This document shows positions 38,986-51,720 of a stretch of DNA of 64,000 nt, piece after piece. The notes below the pieces were generated by a model, which searched no databases, was not told where the DNA came from, and saw only the letters and a program-made list of their open reading frames with translations. Position 1 is the first letter of the stretch, and every line of letters begins with the position of its first letter. The position numbers were made by a program, and so were the translations under genes. The stretch spans positions 73,470,001-73,534,000 of the forward strand of contig NC_043007.1 in the NCBI RefSeq assembly GCF_006345805.1, read 5' to 3'. The stretch is from Octopus sinensis (taxonomy: Eukaryota).

Positions 38986-39570
38986 CATTCATCTCTTTAA
39001 AGAAAAAAAGGTTGCCCCCATATTAAAATAAACTTACCTGTTTTTGAAACAAGTTACTGACAACATTGTTATGTTATACTACAATCTGATTTGGAACAAA
39101 GCTATCATGCAATGATTTCTCTGTGTGGAGTATATAGAGCTACCAGGGCATCGTGCTTTATTTTGCAGTCTGGTTAGTTTAACATTTACTACCTATACAG
39201 GTATGGAAAAGTGTTTTGGGACCCTGAAAAGTGTTTCAGAATACTGGGTGGCAAAAGTGGACAAAAGGATAAATAGGTAATAAGCAGAAATGATGGAGCG
39301 CTGACCTGAATTTATATTATAAAAATTTTTACTTTCAAGAGCAAATAAAATAGGTACTGCTTGTGCATTGTGATAAATACTGTTCCTTTTCCCTGCCTTT
39401 TTGTATACCTGTAGCCTTGCGTTAATCTAAGAAATGAATATTTACTGTCATTCTGTGTATATTTACTTTAAACAGGTTTCAGAAAGGAAGAAATAATCTT
39501 TTTACATTCTTCCTTGTCCTTTCAGTGAAAGAATTTATATATTGGATACATACATATACATACATATACA

Positions 39571-39604
<34 letters not shown>

Positions 39605-39609
39605 CATAT

Positions 39610-39690
<81 letters not shown>

Positions 39691-39715
39691 TATATATATA
39701 TAGATATAGATATAG

Positions 39716-41014
39716 ACTAGCAGAATTGCTCGGGGCTGAATTGCTTGAAAGTACTGTTAATGATTGCACTGAATTATGATGATTATTCAGGCAAATATTG
39801 ATATAAGTTTACGGTGGGAGATAAGGACTTAACGATCAAACGTGTGCCATTGCATTGTTTTGGGGCAACCAAATTTCTAATGAGCATTATAGGGGCACCA
39901 ACTTTAAGTTTGAGAATGTGTGGTGGTAGTCCGGGGTGCTCAAAGGAATTGATTACCTCTATTGGATAGTTGATGACGTCCTCGATAGACTTATATACAT
40001 AGACATCCCCAGGAATGAGTTTTAGCATTTCATCATTAATATGGTGAACAGTTTTATTCCTCGGGGCCAAAATAGCCTTTTGGCCAATCCAATCCATATT
40101 CTGATAATTAGCTTGTACATCTGGGAACACTGCATCTCTGAGATCAGAAGGCATTTTAACAATGGTACAAATGGAATCGATGGCAATATTACCATTTTCA
40201 TCCCCTGGTATTTTGCCATCGCCAAGTGCAAGGAGCGTGTGAGAAAATGCTGCTGATGTGATATTACGTCGCATATGAGCACGCATATTGGTGTGAAGTT
40301 TGAGAGTCTTCACCAGTGGCCACAATGTGGATGACTTAAGACACGCACTTACTGCATCAGTTCTAGTCCTTTTGGGAATAACGGGAAGTGTTTGTCGGAA
40401 GTCCCCTGAAAGAAGAAGTGTTATGCCTCCCATGGGAGCTGAAGAGTGTTTGATGTCTCTGAGAGATCTATCTAGTGCCTCAAGAGCACCTCTGTGGGCC
40501 ATCGTGCATTCATCCCAAACGATAAGCTTGCATTGTCTGAAGACTTCTCCCTGATCGGAGCTGTTACTGATGTTGCAAGTTGGTGTCTCAGTCTTCGCTA
40601 AGTCAAGCGGAAGCTTGAAAGTGGAGTGAGCTATCCTGCCGCCTGGCAACAAAGTAGCCGCAATTCCAGATGATGCCACAGCTAGGGCAATGCCTTGTGT
40701 TCACCTAATCTCAGCCAATATTAATTTGTTGAGAAAAGTTTTCACAGTGCCCCCAGGAGCGTCCAGGAAAAATATCCCTACAGCTTTGGCCCAGACTGAA
40801 TTAACAACGGAGTTGTAAGCAAACTTCTGTTCTGGAAGGAGCTTTGGCTCATTGTCAGCTATGTACTCGGCAAGCTCGTCAACATTAAAACATGTCTCAT
40901 GCAGCAAATGTGAAGACAGAGTGTTTGTACCTTCCCGGTTTGTTGAAGGTAGGCCATAGACTGGCAAGGCACTACCGCCCATATCAAGTACAGTATCTTC
41001 GAACGTAGTTTGTT
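39716..41014 (-). mobile_element. Helitron remnant: PIF1-family helicase fragment joined to the 3' terminus
   Basis: FLDAPGGTVKT (Walker A, mutated), ASSGIAATLL, IVWDECTM, GDFRQTLPV, CNGTRL; ends CCCGAGCAATTCTGCTAG|T. Confidence 0.9.
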
Positions 41015-42083
41015 ACCACACAGCCACACCTGCCCCTATGTATGTGTGTGTGTGTGTGTATACGTGTGTGTATATGGGTAGATATATTATGCATGTATAT
41101 ATGTGTATATATATATATGTGTACATATTACATGTACATCTATATATATATATATATACATCTACACATAAAATACAAAATAGAAAGTTATATCTTGATA
41201 TCGCTAGTGATAACAATACTCAAAATATATAACAGACTGGAATTGTAGGCCCGTCTCTTGCAATTTCGATCAATTGTATCTTGTCCTCCCTCTTGTATAA
41301 AAGTGTACGGCTGCAGCGAAATTCATTTTTGGACTTTCTTCTATCGAAGGTATTTTAACAAAAATGCTTCCGTAAAGACGGTGAAAATATTGTCAGTTTC
41401 CCCAAACAGGGACACAATTCAATTTTAAAACAATAACCAAAGCCCCTTCTCCGAAAGGGGGAGGATTACGGTTTACAATTATTTAACAAATGCAACACAA
41501 CAACGTTTCCCTGACGAGGAACCAAAAACGTGATTACAATAGTCAAACAGTAATAATAATAACAACAAACCTTTTTAATGTATCCCCATTTATGTGAAAC
41601 CACTTATTCAAATTCAAGTCATTGATGCAATTTTATACGAATTGCTAATACACACACACATAATAAGGGTGAAAAATTGAATATTTATTTGATTAATATG
41701 AATTGAAAACCAGTGGTGTAGCATATAAGACCATAGCGGATCTTCCTCTAGCAAAAAGGATGACCAGTATTAATTGCTCATCCCTTTTATATAAATACTT
41801 TCACTTTAATTGTTGCACACTTGCAAAGAGAAAGGAGGAGAAAGTGTAGTGGTAATGGTAGGAGTGAAGCACTTGAAATGAAAGAGGGAAATCGTAAAAT
41901 ATTGAGTTTTCTCGAATTTTTGCTTAATTGGGGGTGAAATTGAAAAAACTTTACATGCCATGACTCAATGGAATCTACTTGGAAAAATGATAGGTAAATT
42001 CCAATTGAAGAAATTCTATATTGTACAATTGTATAAAAAACGAACGGTTTGGGAGGCAGAGAAAATCTGCCTTTTATCATAAG

Positions 42084-42119
<36 letters not shown>

Positions 42120-42159
42120 TGATAGATATGTTGGATATATGCATATATATATATTTATT

Positions 42160-42385
42160 TCTTTATTGCTCATAGGGGGCTAAACATAGATGGGACAAAC
42201 AAAGACAGATAAAGGGATTAAATCGATTACATCGATCTCAGTACTTAATTGGTCCTTATTTAATCAACCCCCGAAGGATGAAATAAAAAGTCGACCTTGG
42301 CAGAATTTCAACTCAGAATGTAACGGCAGCCAAAATACTGCTAAGCATTTCGCCCAGTGTGCTAACGATTCTGCCAGACTGTCAC
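42160..42385 (-). mobile_element. Nin-domain-like SINE
   Basis: Reverse complement of the 58018-58240 type. Confidence 0.7.
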
Positions 42386-42827
42386 CCTATGCATGTGTAC
42401 ATACATACATACATACACACATACATACATACATACATACATACATACATACATACATACATACATACATACATACATACATACACACATACATATATAC
42501 ATATATATATATAGTAGAATAATAAAATAAGTTCTTGGTACAGTATTATATATATTTGAAAAAACAAGTAGACATGGCTTTTTTAGGGGGACAATTTTAA
42601 TTCTACTCGAATGTACCTGGTAAATTTCTGAAGGTTTATATCAGACTCATCTAGGAATGTAGAATTACTATCAAACACTCACTGTAAACATTATTATTAA
42701 GATTAAAATAAAAATTATTCCTCGCAAAAAGTGATCTCTACTCATTTTTACAAATATATATATATATATATATAATATATATATATATATATTGATATAT
42801 ATTAGATATATATATATATATATATTA

Positions 42828-43200
42828 GGGCTTGACAGAGGGGATGGAAAAGGCCAGATGGCATGTCAGTTTTTCTGTTCCATGTTCATAGACTGGAATA
42901 CCACATACTGTGACACCTTCTCTGGCAGCAATCTGATGTGTTTGGTTGCCAGCCCAGGCTTCAGTGCTTGTCCAGCTGAGAAGGGCAAATTGTCAAAGCA
43001 TTGGTCACTCTCTGACTGATTTGTGGTCGAGCCTGTGGCAGTAGAGACCTCCAGCATTCTTGGGTCTGCACTATGTTCCTGCTCATTCCTATCGGGGCAG
43101 AGATAGCTTTCCATAAGTGCATGTCCCATGAGTTGGAGAGGCTGCTTCAGTATGGCTCCCTTGCCATCCTTCAGGGCAATACCTTTTTCATTTCCATGAG
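42828..43200 (+). mobile_element. CRE-like non-LTR retrotransposon C-terminal endonuclease fragment
   Basis: Across frameshifts: GLDRGDGK-RPDGMSVF..W.TT.CDTFSGSNL..AEKGKLSKH..EPVAVETS.ILG..SLAILQGN. Confidence 0.6.
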
Positions 43201-44759
43201 GCAGACTGACAGGTTTTTTTCAGTTATAACTCTTGTAATCATTTGTTAAACAAATAAGATTGAAAAAATAATGAATTAAAGTACTTCACATGATTGGTCA
43301 AGAAAAAAAGATAAAGATAAAATAAATTATCTTTCACATTGATATGTATTTAGATATCATGTTCTCTACTGTCACAGTATATCATTGTTAATAATGCCTT
43401 GATTGGCTGAAGATTGACTGCATCCTTTGAAAGAGCATCCTGTATGTTCTGATTAATTTAAGAGTATTGGTAATGCATGTATGAATCATCAGCTGATAAA
43501 TATGTTGAGTGTAGATCAAGAATTTATTCAATACAATAGAAAATATTTTGGCTATATGTGCTTTTATAGCAATGAGAAATACTTTCACAGTCGAATATAT
43601 CCTGTATAAAAGGGGGAAAATGTCAATGGCTTTGTGGCAGTTAAATAACTCTTATTGATGTTGAGTCTTTTATCTTTTTTTAAGAGTTGTATTGGAGGAA
43701 ATCAAAAAAATACTTTATGGGTTTGATGAATTGTTATTGAAACTGTCCCCAGGGTACCAAGTGACTACATTATCATCAAAACTGGAGCTTGGTAAGAATA
43801 CTATCAACAGAGGAATTTTGTTAAGGGCACTCAATGGCCAACTGATAGTGTGAAACCAGGAGCATGTTAGGGCTACCATTAATGAAAAAAAAAAGCAAAA
43901 AAAACTAAAGCTGTTTTATTGTTACACCAGCACTCATAAAAAGTGCTTATGTTATTTTATTGTGGTACTCTTGTAGCCATCCATATCACCTGAATAACAA
44001 TTATACATCTGCCATAATCATAGGTGAAATTGTTTAATCAGAGAAAAATGTTAGTAAATTATTGTAGTTAATACTTCTTATCTTCTGACACCAACTGTTT
44101 TCTTTTCTTTTAATAACCACCTTTCTGAATGTGTGAGTTGTTTCATGAAACAGGTTTGAAAGTAGATATACTGGCATACCAGAAATACAAATAGGATTGG
44201 CTCATTAAAATATCATAGCGTACAGCAGTAGGTCAGTGGACGTATTTTTAAAGAAGTGTGGTACACCTATAACATTTTGAACCTGAATGAGATTATATCA
44301 AGCTCTGAAGTAGTTTACTTTTCATTAGAAAGTATGTGATAGATTGCATAGCTGAAGCAAGATGACAACCTTTAAGAATGAACTTGTCAATATTTACATT
44401 TATGTACTAATTTTAAAAGCTCTAATTTCATTAAAATATGCCGGCACACACGGTATTTTTATTCATTCAATCATCCATCATCATCAACATTATTCAATGA
44501 TTTGAATTTACAAAGTGCTGTTACATAATCTAGTATGCACTGCTTATACTTTTCCCAACTCTTTTAAAATCGGTTATTTCCCGCTTCTTTCTCCTGACCT
44601 AAATATTGACTTACTTTCTATTCTTATGATGATACTTCAAAAAATATAGGCTTTGATTTAATTCTGAAAGGGCTGCAGTGTTATATAATTTACTTTTCAA
44701 ATATTTAATAAAATGTGAAATATTAAGGAATGCTGCAAAGTTAAGCAGGTCACTGTGAA

Positions 44760-45093
44760 ACCGTTTGGTTTGCATGTTTCGTCCCATGGTATGGCATCTT
44801 GGGCAAGTGTCTTCTGCAATAGTCTCCGAACCACATGGATCTCAGTTCAGTCCAACTGCATGGCACATTGGGTAAGTGTTTTCTACTATAGCCTTGGGTC
44901 AACTAAAGTCTTGTGAGTAGATTTGATTGATGGAAACTGAGAGAAGCCTATCGTATATGTTTATATATATGTATGTATATATGTATATCTATATATTGTA
45001 TATATGTATGTGTGTGTATATATATATGTATATTATATATAGATGTATATTTATATATGTATATAGATGTATACAAGTATATATGTATGTATA

Positions 45094-45140
<47 letters not shown>

Positions 45141-45143
45141 GTA

Positions 45144-45191
<48 letters not shown>

Positions 45192-45337
45192 CATAGGAGT
45201 GGCTGTGTGGTAAGTAGCTTGCTTACGAACTACATGGTTCCAGGTTCAGTCCCTCGGGCCGACCAAAGCCTTGTGAGTGGATTTGGTAGACAGAAACTGA
45301 AAGAAGCCCATTGTATATATACATACATATATATATG

Positions 45338-45384
<47 letters not shown>

Positions 45385-45600
45385 ATATGTTTGTGTGTCT
45401 GTGTTTCTCCCCCTAACATTGCTTGACAACCGATGCTGGTGTGTCTACATCCCTGTAACTTACCAGTTCAGCAAAAGAGGCCAATAGAATAAGTACTAGG
45501 CTTACAAAGAATAAGTCCTGAGGTCGATTTGTCCAATTAAAGGCGGTGCTCTAGCAGGGCCACAATTAAATGACTGAAAGAAGTAAAAGATTTTAAAAAA
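44760..45600 (+). mobile_element. Nested SINE family A copies (younger copy from about 45190 inside the microsatellite of an older copy)
   Basis: Old head, (TA/TG)n, new head, second microsatellite, single tail. Confidence 0.65.
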
Positions 45601-45627
45601 AAGAGTATATATATATATATATATATA

Positions 45628-46023
45628 CACAGGGGTTGGACAAAATAATAGAAACACCTAGTATCATAATTTTGAAATATCTATAAAACTGTCAAAAGCT
45701 TGTTTATTTTTATGTTTTTTGATTATTATTAGTGTTGCTTAATATATTTTGTTAAAATTGCAGTTTCTTTTCAGATATCATCAGAAAAAGGTAATTAAAA
45801 TTCATTAAAATGACAGATTTATCGGACAAAGGTGTCAAATTGTTAGTGCTCGTATGGCAGGCACTAGCATAATGAAAACAGCTGAAATGTTTGGTTTATC
45901 AAGAAGTACTGTCTCAAAAGTAATGACAGCCTTTGAGAAAGAGGGAAAACCTCCTCATTGATACAAAACTCATGAAGAAAACCAAAGCTTTCAGACAGGG
46001 ACCGTCAGACTCTTATGTGAATT
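45628..46023 (+). mobile_element. Tc1-like transposon 5' fragment
   Basis: TA|CACAGGGGTTGGACAAAATAAT terminus; ATG at 45810 gives MTDLSD..QIVSARMAG..KTAEMFGLSRSTVSKVMTAFEKEGK..KLSDRDRQTL. Confidence 0.8.
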
Positions 46024-46106
46024 GTTATTGACATTTGCCCTTTCAAAATTGTTGGTCTTGGATCCTACAATAGACCAACAATTTTGAAAAGGCAAATGTC
46101 AATAAC
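46024..46106. repeat. 83-nt hairpin (35-bp stem, 1 mismatch, 13-nt loop)
   Basis: GTTATTGACATTTGCCCTTTCAAAATTGTTGGTCT paired with AGACCAACAATTTTGAAAAGGCAAATGTCAATAAC. Confidence 0.9.
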
Positions 46107-46310
46107 ATTGATCCCAGTAATTGACTGGTATTTTATTATATCAACTCCAAAAGAATGAAGGGCAAAGTTAACTTTGACAAGATTTGAACTCAGAACAAAA
46201 AGAGCCTGAAAAAATGCTGCTTAGCAGTTTGTCCTACTTGCTAACAATTCTGCCAGCTCACAACTTTCACCTTTAACTATCACAACTGCAGCAATCCTTT
46301 TTTAAATACA

Positions 46311-46473
46311 GGCATAGGAGTGGCTATGTGGTAAGTAGCTTGCTTACGAACCACATGGTTCCGGGTTCAGTCCCACTGCATGGCACCTTGGGCAAGTGTC
46401 TTCTACTATAGCCTCGGGCCGACCAAAGCCTTGTGAGTGGATTTGGTAGACGGAAACTGAAAGAAGCCCGTCG

Positions 46474-46506
<33 letters not shown>

Positions 46507-46730
46507 TGTGTGTGTGTGTGCGTGTATGTTTGTGTGTCTGTTTGTCCCCCTAAACACACCACCGATGCTGGTGTGTTTATGTCCCCGTCACTTAGTGGTT
46601 CACCAAGAGAGACCGATAGAATAAGTACTAGGCTTACAAAGAATAAGTGCCGCTCTCGAGTTTCTCGATTAAAGGTGGTGCTCCAGCATGGCCGCAGTCA
46701 ACTGACTGAAACAAGTAAAAGAGTAAAAGA
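46311..46730 (+). mobile_element. Full-length SINE family A (reference copy)
   Basis: GGCATAGGAGTGGCTATGTGG head, GGTTCAGTCCC B-box-like motif, internal (TA)(TG)n, GAGTAAAAGAG tail. Confidence 0.85.
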
Positions 46731-47074
46731 GCATGTAAATAAAAAATAATTTTCCAAAAATTCAATACTTTTCTGGGGGAAATATTCTTCAGGTAACATT
46801 TGCTGTAAAAATTATGTCATAGCCATTGTGCCTATGACTTAGTCCCTTTAAACTCTTTTATTTATTTCAGGCAATGGACTGCAGCAATACTGCAGCATTG
46901 CCTTGCTGGGTTTTAGTCAAAACTTACAATCTTAGTACTTATATCTTTAAGTCTGGTATTTACTTTTGTTGAACTGCTAACCAAAAGAGTATCATTTTAC
47001 AAGTGGTGTCAAAGATATTAGCATAAACATATACATACACAGATGCATACATACATATATACATACATACATTT

Positions 47075-47635
47075 TGTTTTCTATTGCCCACAAGGAGCTA
47101 AACATAGAGGAGACAAACAAGGAGAGACAAAGGGATTAAGTTGATTACATCGACCCCAGTGTGTAACTGGTACTTGTTTCATTGACACTGAAAGGATGAC
47201 AGGCAAAGTCTTTTTGGGGAAATGTTGTGATCTGGGTTACATATACACCATGGAAATCAAGTTTCCAGCCTTACCAGTCTTTGGGCCTGAGAAAAACAAT
47301 AATAATAATAATAATCCTCTCTGCTAAAGGCACAAGGCCGGAAATTTGGGGAAGGGAATAGTCAATTACATTGACTCCAGTATTTCGCTGGTACTTAATT
47401 TATTGACCCCAAAAGGATGAAAGGCAAACTTGACCTTGTCGGGAATGATAATAATAATAATGATGTCAGATTTTGGCACATGGCCATAATTATAGAAGCG
47501 GGGCAACTGGTACTTATTTTATTGAAAGGCAAAGTCAAGTCAGTCTTGGTAGAATTTAAACTTAGAACATAAAGATGGACAAAGTGCCACTTAGCATTTT
47601 GCCAAGTATGCTAACAATTCTGCCAGCTCATTGCC
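47075..47635 (-). mobile_element. Cluster of Nin-domain-like SINE fragments
   Basis: Three recurrences of ACTGGTACTT..TT.ATTGA....GAAAGG.TGA.AGGCAAA. Confidence 0.6.
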
Positions 47636-47779
47636 CTAATTATAATAATAAGAACAAGAAAAAGGTGGGAATTATGAAGTCAACAGTGAAATAAATTTTG
47701 TCATTCAATCTGATGAGCAATTTATAACATGAGTTTTCTCCTATTTTAAGACATCAAGTCCTTTGATTTTCTATCATTT

Positions 47780-48160
47780 TTAAAAATCTTTTATTTGTTT
47801 CAGTCATTAAACTATGGTCATGTTGAGGCACCACCTTTAAGAAATTTTATTCAAACTAATCGACCGCAGTACCTAGTTTTCTTTTTTAAACCTGATACTT
47901 ATTCTATTGGCCTCTTTTGCCAAATTGCCAAATTACAGGGATGTAAATACACCAACATTGTCAAATGGTGGTGGGGGACAAACACAGACACAGACACACA
48001 CGTACGGTCATATGTATGTATGTATGTATATATATTATCAAATCCACTTACAAGGCTTTGGTTGGCCTGAGGCTATAGCAGAAGACACTTGTCCAAGGTG
48101 CCATGCAGTGGCACTGAATCTGAAACCAAATGGTTGGGAAGCAAGCCTTTTACCACACAG
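47780..48160 (-). mobile_element. Diverged SINE family A
   Basis: Colinear similarity. Confidence 0.65.
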
Positions 48161-49033
48161 TCATACCTACTTATTTTTTGCACATATCTTCACTACATTA
48201 GATATTACATATTCAACATGTCACTGATCTCTTTTGGAAATTGTCACAACTCATTTTATTACTTTATAATCGAACACTTTTTATAATACATCATGTTTTA
48301 TGCAATGTCATTTTTCATTATCAATAGAAGACATTCCTAAACCTCTTTCAGTACATTAATTCTGATCTACACATTGTATTATCAAACCACCTACCTTGTT
48401 TCTTTAGCATTTACAGTTACTGGGGTGCACCTTCTTTTTTTTCTATGTAATTTCATGGGTGGTGATCAGGGTTGGTGGGCTCCATACAACATGATATAAT
48501 GTGTTTTTTGTTTGGCTGAGGTGAATTAAAGACAAAATTCACTGCTTGTGAAAAAAACACAAGCTTAGGATCTCATGTAGGCATCACTAAATTCTGAATA
48601 TCTGTTTGTATTTCATAACTATAGATGAAAACATTTTTCTCTGAAAAGAATTTTTGAATTTCATACCCATTCTGACTTGTTCTTGTCAGTGAGAAATAAT
48701 TGTGGATCTCTGAGAAAGTATTCTCAGGAAACAATCAAATAAAGCAGAAATGAAGGGTGTGTACGTTAATTATTTTTATGTGGAGAAAGTATATGTGCAC
48801 ATACATACGCATATACAAATACATACTCATATACATACATATATATATATACAGATATACACACATACACACATATACATTTACACACACACATATATAC
48901 ATATACATATATATAGATATATAAATATAAAATTTACTTGGAAAAGGATGCATGGTGTTCGATCATATAATAATATAAATAATATATAAATATATGCATA
49001 TATACATACATATATGTACATACCTACATATAC

Positions 49034-49070
<37 letters not shown>

Positions 49071-49276
49071 GTGAAATAGAAAGATGAATAATCTTGTTGT
49101 AGATTAATCAAAAGTTAACCGATACCTTAGTAGCAAAAATCACAGCAGTAAACAGCACGGTGGAGGTACAACCATCTGGCGTTGCAACCGTGCGTTGGTG
49201 CGGATAATTGAAATTAAAACATTATTGGTGAATTGAGGAAATGGAGCTGAACGCAGATTGAACAGAAATCGTTTTA

Positions 49277-49365
49277 TTTCATTCTACACGTGTTTCGAAA
49301 GGCACAAATTACCAAAATCCGATTGAATAATGGGACCATATTGTGTCTTTCTCTTCAGGAAGAAA
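49277..49365 (-). ncRNA. Type I hammerhead ribozyme, copy 1
   Basis: UUUCUUC-CUGAAGA-GAAAGACACAA[33]UUGUGCCUUUC-GAA-ACACGUGU-A-GAAUGAAA; G10.1-C11.1 pair, GUA triplet, palindromic stem III. Confidence 0.8.
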
Positions 49366-49955
49366 AAAGGAAATCCGTTAGAGAAACAAAAACAGAACAG
49401 AGGCGGAGCAAAAACCAAATCGAACTATGCTCCTAAGAGCCCATGGCGAAACTGTTTATCAGTGTTTGCTGAGAACCGGTGGCTCATATATATATATGCA
49501 CATATGGGTACAGGACATCAAAAAAATGTTGAACGCAATGAGAAACGAAAAACACTCTCACTCTTCCTCCTTGACTCTCTTGTCACTGGCACGTGATGAA
49601 AGGGAATCTATCTTTCTGCCCATTTCCTTCCTAAAGACAACACGTGCTTATATCTGCTTCCTCTCATAAGCTCATCCTCCTAGCGTTCATAATAATTTTA
49701 CTATCATCTTGGCTTAACATCCCTCACTATTTGTTTTTACTGTCTTGTTCTTGTTAACGCTTTCATATTGTCCTTGCCTTCGAAACACAGAGTACTTGAA
49801 ACAGGGACAACTGATGAAGGAGAATATTCTTTATGCTGCATGTCTCGTTTCTCTGTTTTTACGTTGTTTGAAAAAAGTTAGTTTTCTATGTTTTTGTTTT
49901 TATGTTTTCATTTCTCATTGTGTTCAACGTTTTTTTTTGATGCCCTGTACCCATA

Positions 49956-50033
<78 letters not shown>

Positions 50034-50253
50034 ATATATATATTATGTGAAATAGAAAGATGAATAATCTTGTTGTAGATTAATCAAAAGTTAACCGATA
50101 CCTTAGTAGCAAAAATCACAGCAGTAAACAGCACGGTTGGAGGTACAACCATCTGGCGTTGCAACCGTGCGTTGGTGCGGATAATTGAAATTAAAACATT
50201 ATTGGTGAATTGAGGAAATGGAGCTGAACGCAGATTGAACAGAAATCGTTTTA

Positions 50254-50342
50254 TTTCATTCTACACGTGTTTCGAAAGGCACAAATTACCAAAATCCGAT
50301 TGAATAATGGGACCATATTGTGTCTTTCTCTTCAGGAAGAAA
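50254..50342 (-). ncRNA. Type I hammerhead ribozyme, copy 2
   Basis: Identical to 49277-49365, offset by 977 bp. Confidence 0.8.
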
Positions 50343-50932
50343 AAAGGAAATCCGTTAGAGAAACAAAAACAGAACAGAGGCGGAGCAAAAACCAAATCGA
50401 ACTATGCTCCTAAGAGCCCATGGCGAAACTGTTTATCAGTGTTTGCTGAGAACCGGTGGCTCATATATATATATGCACATATGGGTACAGGACATCAAAA
50501 AAATGTTGAACGCAATGAGAAACGAAAAACACTCTCACTCTTCCTCCTTGACTCTCTTGTCACTGGCACGTGATGAAAGGGAATCTATCTTTCTGCCCAT
50601 TTCCTTCCTAAAGACAACACGTGCTTATATCTGCTTCCTCTCATAAGCTCATCCTCCTAGCGTTCATAATAATTTTACTATCATCTTGGCTTAACATCCC
50701 TCACTATTTGTTTTTACTGTCTTGTTCTTGTTAACGCTTTCATATTGTCCTTGCCTTCGAAACACAGAGTACTTGAAACAGGGACAACTGATGAAGGAGA
50801 ATATTCTTTATGCTGCATGTCTCGTTTCTCTGTTTTTACGTTGTTTGAAAAAAGTTAGTTTTCTATGTTTTTGTTTTTATGTTTTCATTTCTCATTGTGT
50901 TCAACGTTTTTTTTTGATGCCCTGTACCCATA

Positions 50933-51002
<70 letters not shown>

Positions 51003-51063
51003 TATACACATATATATGTAGGTATGTACATATATCTATGTATATATGCATATATTTATATAT

Positions 51064-51720
51064 TATTTATATTATCATATCATCGAATGCTTCGTACCCT
51101 TTTCCAAGTTCTATCTTAATAATTACAATATGCACTCTTCTATCTCTTCTCTGTCTATCTCCCTCTCTTGTCCTTCATCCTGTCTGGTTTTCTCTCCCAC
51201 CCTTCCCTATTCTTCTCCTCTCCTCTTCACCATTCCCTCTGTCTCACTCTTCCTCCTTGACTCTCTCGTTGCTGACATGTGACGAAAGGGAATCTATCTT
51301 TCTGCCCATTTCTTTCCTAATGACTAGACGTGCTTATACCTGTCTCCTCTCATAAGCTCCTCGTCCTAGCATTCATAATAATTTTTCTATCGTCTTGGCT
51401 TAACAGCCCTCACGGTTTGTTTTTACTGTCTTGTTCTCACTGTCCTGTTCTTGTCACCACTTTCACCCTCTGCAAAAAATCCCAAATTTTATTTACTTTG
51501 CTTTGTGGAAAGGACTGTTTCAATGAAGTCGCGTATTGTCCTTGCCGTCGAAATGTGGAGTAGATGAAACAGGGACAACTGATGAAGGGGAATATTCTTT
51601 ATGTTGAATGTCTCATTTCTCTGTTTTTTCGTTGTTCGAAAAAAGTTAGTTTTCTATGTTTTTGTTTCTCATTGTGTTCACCGTTTTTTTGATGTCCTGT
51701 ACCTATATGTGCATATATAT
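51064..51720 (+). mobile_element. Longer, diverged copy of the second component of the 977-bp unit (possibly Penelope-derived)
   Basis: 51240-51720 aligns with 49555-49970 with a ~90-bp insertion; family assignment is inference. Confidence 0.5.

Larger units (their letters stand above)
49071..51000. repeat. Tandem duplication of a 976-977 bp unit (HHR-bearing 415-bp piece, a piece with inverted ends, (TA)n)
   Basis: GTGAAATAGAAAG at 49071 and 50047; copies near-identical outside the microsatellites. Confidence 0.9.

Noticed and set aside
41500-41540. CTGACGAGG..AAAACGTG
   Set aside because: No viable stem II, position 17 would be G, and there is no stem I
43400-44400. Faint piggyBac-like peptide (LSVDQEFIQY..FGY)
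   Set aside because: Too degraded to call without a profile search
49768-49830. GAAAC-N5-GUA upstream of CUGAUGA (permuted HHR-like; also near 51535-51600)
   Set aside because: It needs an extra nucleotide after the cleavage site and pairing of core G8/A9, and the third copy breaks stem III
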